Assembly (NCBI GenBank): GCA_017472695.1
Contig: JAFUOQ010000003.1
Span: 40,804 to 104,803, forward strand
Length of the DNA: 64,000 bases
Reading direction: 5' to 3'
Source of the DNA: Clostridia bacterium
GTDB taxonomy: Bacteria; Bacillota; Clostridia; Oscillospirales; CAG-272
Every line of letters begins with the position of its first letter. Position 1 is the first letter of the stretch. A program made the position numbers and the translations under genes. The notes beneath the pieces were generated by a model. The model was not told the DNA's origin and made no database searches. It saw only the letters and a list, made by a program, of their open reading frames with translations. Positions 58,343-64,000 of this stretch are shown piece by piece.

Positions 58343-59257
58343 TCAGGATGCGTTAGTAAGAAGAACGTAACAGATTGCTATAATAAGCGCGGAAAATGCA
58401 GCAATGGAGAAATACGAGATCTTTTTGTAAGACAAGATATTTTCGATTCTGATTCTGATTTTTGAGCCACCAAAGGATGCGGCAAATATGTTTGTTTTCT
58501 CTGCTGTTGAGAGCAGTGTATATGCATATTCTTTTCGCTCTGTTTCGTTGCATTTTGACAGTACAGTTTCGTCGCAAGCAAGCTCAATATCGGAATAAAG
58601 CATTTTTAGCAAGAGCCACGCAAAGGGATTGAACCAATGAACACACACAACGATATACGCCAAAAGACGAATGAAGTTATCTTTTCGTTTTAGGTGGGCT
58701 TTTTCATGCATCAATATGAAGTTCAGTCTGTTTGTATCGTATTCGGTCGGAAGGATGATTTTCGGTTTTATGATTCCATAAACCGCAGGTGTTTTGTTCT
58801 TGTCTGAAATATAGATATTATCCTTTAATTTTTGGGCATCCTTCATTTCGCCAAGCGTAATGAAATAAATGATCGTCAAAGTGAGGATTGCTGCCAATGC
58901 TACGATAAGCCATACCACAGAAGCAATATTAAAGAGATCCTCAAGAAGATTGACCTTATAAGTGATTGGAAAATAACTGTTTGCCCCCATTACGTGATTC
59001 ATCATAGTAAGTGCCGAGTCATCGCCAATTTGAACGATAGTAACGGTTTTAGTTGTAACCTTGGAAAGCAAAGCCATAATACCGTATTTGCTTGAAATTC
59101 CAACGGGAATACACATTCGAACAAACGGCACAAGCCACAGCCAAATAAAAATTCGACGCGGGATTTTTTTGAATAAGCGAATAAGCAATACGGGTATCAT
59201 ACAAATCGTGGCGGCGATACTCATATTGAATATCCAATAAAAGATTTCTCCAAGCAT
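58343..59257 (-). CDS. M56 (BlaR1/MecR1-like) metallopeptidase without a penicillin-binding sensor domain
   Basis: TPAVYG, HEKAH, HWFNP, ELACDE. Confidence 0.93.
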   Translation of the reverse strand: MLGEIFYWIFNMSIAATICMIPVLLIRLFKKIPRRIFIWLWLVPFVRMCIPVGISSKYGIMALLSKVTTKTVTIVQIGDDSALTMMNHVMGANSYFPITYKVNLLEDLFNIASVVWLIVALAAILTLTIIYFITLGEMKDAQKLKDNIYISDKNKTPAVYGIIKPKIILPTEYDTNRLNFILMHEKAHLKRKDNFIRLLAYIVVCVHWFNPFAWLLLKMLYSDIELACDETVLSKCNETERKEYAYTLLSTAEKTNIFAASFGGSKIRIRIENILSYKKISYFSIAAFSALIIAICYVLLTNAS

Positions 59258-59261
59258 GGTA

Positions 59262-59615
59262 TCACCTCTTGTCGATCAACTTTCGAAGCTCTTCGATTTC
59301 ATCCTTTGTTAGTTTTTCGTCTTCTATCAAAGCCGAAAAAAGTGCTTTTCTTGAACCGCCAAAGAGCTTGTCAATCAAGGTCTGTGTTTCACTTTCACAA
59401 ACATCTTTTTTAGAGATAAGTGAAATACATATAAAACCGGGATCGGTACGCTTGATGTAACCTTTTGCCTCAATTTTCTTAATAACGGTGTATGTGGTGT
59501 TCTTATTCCATCCGAATTCCTTATCTGCAAGGATACTTAATTCTTTCGCGCTGATGGGTTCGTTTGCCCAAATCAGCTCCATCACCTTTAATTCGCTGTC
59601 AAATAATTTTTGCAT
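59262..59615 (-). CDS. BlaI/MecI/CopY family repressor
   Basis: SELKVMELIW, WNKNTTYTVIKK, LFGGS; ATG at 59615. Confidence 0.93.
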   Translation of the reverse strand: MQKLFDSELKVMELIWANEPISAKELSILADKEFGWNKNTTYTVIKKIEAKGYIKRTDPGFICISLISKKDVCESETQTLIDKLFGGSRKALFSALIEDEKLTKDEIEELRKLIDKR

Positions 59616-59630
59616 AATTATCGCCTCCAG

Positions 59631-59675
59631 ACTATTACTATAGTATATACTATCACAATAGTCTGTGTTTGTCAA
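59631..59675 (-). promoter_or_regulatory. Promoter of the blaI-like gene with two ACTAT-N4-ATAGT palindromic operators
   Basis: Palindromes at 59631-59644 and 59649-59662; minus-strand TTGACA-17-TAGTAT. Confidence 0.75.
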
Positions 59676-60006
59676 TAGCTTTTTTAAAATTCGTGGTTCG
59701 GATCCTCTCGAAGAAGGGGCGGATCTGTTTTAGAAGCAACTATTTGTAAACAATTTGTGTCTAACGCAAAAAACCGGAAGAATTTGAAACCCTGTCGTGG
59801 GTTCAAGTCCTTCCGGTCGCTTGTGTTCCGTATTTAATTCTTGAAAAAGTGCGTTTTCGGTAGTTCGAATCCTTCGGCTCGAAGAAAAATCGGAAATGGA
59901 TCTATGGAACTTTGAAAAAAAGTAGGCGTGAAAAAACGGGAGGAATCTCTCGAAATCTCCCGTTTTCTCTTGTTTTCTCGGTCGGATCTTTTTTGACCGA
60001 TAATGA

Positions 60007-60082
60007 TGGCAGGGGCGCAAGGACTCGAACCCTGGACACCCAGTTTTGGAGACTGGTGTTCTACCAACTGAACTACACCCCT
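60007..60082 (-). tRNA. tRNA-Trp(CCA)
   Basis: AGGGGTG...CTCCAAA...GGTTCGAGTCC...CCCCTGCCA cloverleaf. Confidence 0.96.
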
Positions 60083-60262
60083 ATTGGACTATAAAATTAT
60101 AGCATATGTTTTTTAGAATTGCAATACCTTTTTTAAAATTTTTATTTTTGGAATAAATCTATGCTTGTGTGCGTATAATATAATATGATTCCGATTAAAA
60201 ATTTTTTATAAAAAAGCACTTGACAAGTCAATTTTTGTGTGCTATACTTATTAGGCTAATAA

Positions 60263-60351
60263 GCCGATGTGGCGGAATCGGTAGACGCCACGGACTTAAA
60301 ATCCGTTGGGAAGAAATTCCCGTGCCGGTTCGAGTCCGGCTATCGGCACCA
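60263..60351 (+). tRNA. tRNA-Leu(TAA)
   Basis: GCCGATG...CTTAAAA...long variable arm...GGTTCGAGTCC...CGGCACCA. Confidence 0.96.
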
Positions 60352-60376
60352 AACTCTCTTTTATGAGAGTATATAT

Positions 60377-60454
<78 letters not shown>

Positions 60455-60544
60455 AACAAAAACCCTTGTAGCATGTGGCTTCAAGGGTGTTTTTATTTAT
60501 CTGTAAATTTGGTTAGTTTATCACTTTTGTTCTTTATTTGTTCT

Positions 60545-60778
60545 TTATTGCTCTAAAACCTGTATTTCCGATACGCAAATGAATTCGCTTTGCTCGTCTT
60601 TATACCTGTGCCCTGATATACTTATTCTTGTGCCCTCTCTCAATGAACCGACATTTGTTTTTTGGGTTAAACCTATACAAACATTATTTGCTACTTGGAA
60701 ACAGCAAAATTTTTGTGATATATCGATAACTGTTAAATTTCCCGAGATATGACATTCTTTAAAATTGCTTTTATTCAT
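60545..60778 (-). CDS. Hypothetical protein (possible OB-fold)
   Basis: ATG with GGAGAGG RBS; beta-rich sequence. Confidence 0.5.
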   Translation of the reverse strand: MNKSNFKECHISGNLTVIDISQKFCCFQVANNVCIGLTQKTNVGSLREGTRISISGHRYKDEQSEFICVSEIQVLEQ

Positions 60779-60788
60779 TATCCCTCTC

Positions 60789-61127
60789 CTACATCTCAAA
60801 TTGGCAACATACAACTTGCCCAATAATTTTTATTCGGTTGAATTCTTCATAATCAAGAGCTTCAACGTCGTTCGGTGTCTGAATTACTATATTGCCCTTT
60901 TCTTCAATGTATGTAATACGTGCTATTTCTATTGTCTCGTTATCCTCTTTGAGCATTACGGCAATTTTGCCATTTTCTGCATATATTTGTTTTTTGCATA
61001 TTATTATACTACCCTCGGGGATGTTCCATTCTTTCAAACCGTTATCTGCTACTGTTAGCATAAAAAGGTCTTTTACTTTTATATTTTCTGTAAATGGTGT
61101 TATTGGTGTTTTGACTTTGTTTTTCAT
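60789..61127 (-). CDS. Degenerate S24/LexA-C-terminal-like protein
   Basis: FMLTVADNGL...IPEGSIII...AENGKIAV...IIGQVV; catalytic Ser/Lys apparently absent. Confidence 0.6.
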   Translation of the reverse strand: MKNKVKTPITPFTENIKVKDLFMLTVADNGLKEWNIPEGSIIICKKQIYAENGKIAVMLKEDNETIEIARITYIEEKGNIVIQTPNDVEALDYEEFNRIKIIGQVVCCQFEM

Positions 61128-61182
61128 TGTTGATTCCTTTTCAATTTCATTGTTCGCCCTCTCGGTTAGGAGAGGGCTTTTA

Positions 61183-61452
61183 TTATGCGATTACTAATCT
61201 TTTATATACTGTATTTATAGTGTATCTTGCAACTATATCAGGAATTTCTTTTTTCATACTCTTTGTATCAACTCGTGAACTTTCAATGCTCCTATATGTG
61301 ATTTTATGTGTACCCATGCGTATTTCCTCGTTATCCCCCATAAAGTCCTTTATTTCAGCCTCTAACGCGCCTATTTTCGTGTTTATTTGGTCTTGTCTCG
61401 CCTTTAGTCTTTTTAGTTCTCTTAACTTTGCGTTCAATTCTGTACTACTCAT
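61183..61452 (-). CDS. Phage/ICE-type hypothetical protein resembling a YqaJ C-terminal region
   Basis: Coiled coil then IKDFMGDNE...SSRVDTKSMKKEIPD. Confidence 0.7.
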   Translation of the reverse strand: MSSTELNAKLRELKRLKARQDQINTKIGALEAEIKDFMGDNEEIRMGTHKITYRSIESSRVDTKSMKKEIPDIVARYTINTVYKRLVIA

Positions 61453-61690
61453 TATAATTCTCCTTAAATTTAGTTATTGACTTTTGTTTTTTAGTGTGTT
61501 ATAATTACTACAACATCATTGCTTATTGATGTTCTATGTTTTGGGGTGCGTTGTTCGTAGTGGCGCGCCCTCTTTCTTTTTATATTTCGTTTTCACTCTC
61601 CTTGTTTTTTCGTTTAGGCTTTGGGAAAGCTCTCAAAGGTATATCACGCAACCTCTCCGTTTTATGCCTTTCCCTATGCCTTACGATTAT

Positions 61691-61832
61691 AGTATACCAC
61701 TATTGTACCCAATAGTCAATAGAAAAACACTAACTTTTTGCTTTTCTACCATTTGCGCAAAATATTGTACCCAATAGTTGAGATATTTGTGCATTTTGAC
61801 ATATTGCACCCAATAGCAAATTGTGATATAAT
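61691..61832. promoter_or_regulatory. Divergent promoters with three TATTG-N4-CAATA operators
   Basis: Palindromes at 61701, 61763 and 61802. Confidence 0.7.
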
Positions 61833-61865
61833 AAGTTTGATAAAGCAAAATAGGAGGAAAAACAA

Positions 61866-62057
61866 ATGGCAATAAGTAAAAACCAACAGAAGTCAGTTGC
61901 TAAATATGTTAAAAATCATTATGACGATATTAAGGTTAGAGTGCCTAAGGGAGAAAGAGATATAATTCAAGCTCACGCAGAAGTTCAGGGAGAAACTACA
62001 AATGCATTTATAAATAGAGCCATTAAAGAAGCAATAGAAAGAGATACATCAAAATAA
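61866..62057 (+). CDS. Ribbon-helix-helix/Arc-like DNA-binding protein (possible antitoxin)
   Basis: YDDIKVRVPKGERDIIQAHAE...NAFINRAI. Confidence 0.85.
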   Translation: MAISKNQQKSVAKYVKNHYDDIKVRVPKGERDIIQAHAEVQGETTNAFINRAIKEAIERDTSK

Positions 62058-62091
62058 GTTCGCGAAAGTTCGCAACTATAAAGGAGAAAAA

Positions 62092-62754
62092 ATGAATTAC
62101 GCAAATAAATATAACTTAACCCAAGAACAAAGTTTATTTCTTGCTAAAAAGAAATGGGATGAAAATGTGTATTGTGGTATGAGAATGGAAAACAGAGCCG
62201 TTACATTTCCACAAACGCAAACAATTTTGAATGGTGTAAATGTTCCTAATGTACAACTTGACGATATACAAGCAATACTAAATATGCGTGATGCGTGGAA
62301 ATATCTATTTAAAACAATCAATGAGCCACTAACGATTGAATATATCTGTGAATTAAACGGATATATAGCGAGAAACGAAGCTCTTGAATGGGGTAAATTG
62401 AGAAAAGGCATTGTTGGTATATCGGGAACAGACTACAAGCCACCAATACCCGAATATGAAACAATCAAAGCCGAATTAGACGAAATACTCACATCTAATA
62501 CAACAGCAACCGAAAAAGCCCTTAATGCGTTTGTATGGGGTGCAAGAGGTCAATTCTTTTGGGATGGAAACAAAAGAACAAGCCTAACAGTTGCTAATAA
62601 AATACTCGTTGCAAATGGCGCAGGTGTTTTAACAATTACAGATAAGCATATGGAAGAATTCAACGCCCTACTTTTAGACTATTACAACTCCGGAATATCA
62701 GACAATTTAAAACAGTTTTTATATGATAATGCAATACAAGGAATTGAGTTATAA
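62092..62754 (+). CDS. Fic/Doc family protein
   Basis: QFFWDGNKRTS variant of the Fic motif. Confidence 0.88.
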   Translation: MNYANKYNLTQEQSLFLAKKKWDENVYCGMRMENRAVTFPQTQTILNGVNVPNVQLDDIQAILNMRDAWKYLFKTINEPLTIEYICELNGYIARNEALEWGKLRKGIVGISGTDYKPPIPEYETIKAELDEILTSNTTATEKALNAFVWGARGQFFWDGNKRTSLTVANKILVANGAGVLTITDKHMEEFNALLLDYYNSGISDNLKQFLYDNAIQGIEL

Positions 62755-62945
62755 TTTTTATTCTCTGAGAGGGACAAAAATAACTCTATAAATGTCTATT
62801 TTTTTATAAAAAAACCTTGATTGCACTAATAAAATATGCTATAATTATAATAGCAAAAGTATGTATAAATATTGAGAGCGCAGCCTAATAAAAGGCTGTG
62901 CTCTTTTTTATACATATTGGCTATATACAAGAAAGGAGGAACACA

Positions 62946-63212
62946 ATGATTACTTTTGACTTTTACGTTAAAAATCGTGCTATTGGCAACTATGAAAAGA
63001 TTGATGGAACGGTTACACCTTTAACAACTGAGGATTTATTAGATAAAGCTTTAGACCAGGCATTTATTGTTTTGGAAAACACAACAATAGAAACAATAGA
63101 GCCATCAACTGAGGTAAAAATAGTAATACATCAAGAGGGCAAGGAAGATGTAGAAAAATACTATATATCAGGCTCTGATGAAAGCACACAAACGCCACTT
63201 AATGTAGGTTGA
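62946..63212 (+). CDS. Hypothetical protein, possibly of phage origin
   Basis: Strong AAAGGAGG RBS before ATG at 62946. Confidence 0.6.
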   Translation: MITFDFYVKNRAIGNYEKIDGTVTPLTTEDLLDKALDQAFIVLENTTIETIEPSTEVKIVIHQEGKEDVEKYYISGSDESTQTPLNVG

Positions 63213-63241
63213 CAAATTGAGCAATAAGAGGTATAATAAAT

Positions 63242-63610
63242 ATGGCACAATTTAAAGAAAGCGAACATCCAAGAGACAATGATGGTAAGTTTATCGATAA
63301 GGGAAAATCAAGCTCGAATGGACGAAAACAAAAGTTTTCCCAGGCTTTAAATACATATGCGAATAAAAGAAAAAGCCCCACCGTTACAAATCAAGAATGG
63401 GCTTTATGGTATAAGGCAATTGGAGATATTGAAAGAGGCGAAAGATATGAGCCGACCAATGACGGGAAAACTTACATACCAATAGACAATAAAGTGTTTG
63501 TAACATCGGGAACATATGTTAAACCTAATTTAGAAACAGTAATAGAATTTGACAGTATTGACGAAATGGATGATTTTATATCGGATATGGCAGGTAATGA
63601 TATATGGTAA
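63242..63610 (+). CDS. Phage-type protein with an N-terminal HPRDxxGKF motif
   Basis: MAQFKESEHPRDNDGKFIDKG. Confidence 0.7.
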   Translation: MAQFKESEHPRDNDGKFIDKGKSSSNGRKQKFSQALNTYANKRKSPTVTNQEWALWYKAIGDIERGERYEPTNDGKTYIPIDNKVFVTSGTYVKPNLETVIEFDSIDEMDDFISDMAGNDIW

Positions 63611-63831
63611 ATCAAGAATTAAAGAAAACTTGGAGAAATTATATCAAAAAAGCAAGAGATAAAAAGTTTCGTGAAGAAACAATAAAAGTAATGGGAATGT
63701 TGGCGCTCTCCAAAAACGCAGTTATGCATTTTGGGAATAGTCAAATAGCATTTGAACACCTTATATCTCTTGTCGATAAATACGAGGAGCAAGAGGTTTT
63801 TAAACTGTTTACAAATGAAATAGGAGTATAG
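63604..63831 (+). CDS. Hypothetical protein
   Basis: Overlaps the upstream stop; GCAGGT RBS-like site. Confidence 0.55.
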   Translation: MVNQELKKTWRNYIKKARDKKFREETIKVMGMLALSKNAVMHFGNSQIAFEHLISLVDKYEEQEVFKLFTNEIGV

Positions 63832-64000
63832 GACACTATTGTGTCCTTTTCTTAAAAGTGTTGCACTTGATAGTATAATTCACCATATGCAATAGAAAAG
63901 GAGAGTACTACTCTCCTTTTAGTTTTTCAATTTCGCTATTCAACTTTTCTAATTGATTTAATTGCTTTTGTGATTTTTTGAAAGTGAATAAACACATGCT

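Noticed and set aside
58343-59615. Beta-lactam resistance locus
   Set aside because: No beta-lactamase or PBP2a gene and no sensor domain on the M56 protein

Overview
Low-GC Clostridia-type (Bacillota) chromosomal window read in standard code 11. Left to right: partial dusB and an unannotated small DUF6472-like gene, both with duplicated 5' ends separated by REP-like palindromes; cysS; the rimP-nusA-ylxR-ylxQ-infB operon (no rbfA after it); thrH; a DUF1538/P-II-like pair; a lexA-like/small ORF/dinB mutagenesis cassette with a non-canonical operator; tsaA; a 16.7-kb operon joining a 2505-aa subtilase-BspA(LRR) surface protease to an oligopeptide ABC importer; a candidate extracytoplasmic thiol-redox locus (CxxC membrane protein, polyferredoxin-TlpA fusion, and three convergent (TE)n-linker lipoproteins, two of which share an unrecognised DGYYH...WxxxC domain); GT2, GH-A hydrolase, AraC and LRR protein; nrdG-nrdD(+Grx)-trxB with NrdR boxes; a mirror-symmetric GTGATAT/hairpin array; glycine riboswitch with an alanine/glycine symporter; a BlaI/M56 islet; tRNA-Trp, -Leu and -fMet; and a phage-like accessory tail (RHH regulator, Fic). 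All calls come from motif recognition by eye; no database searches were run.
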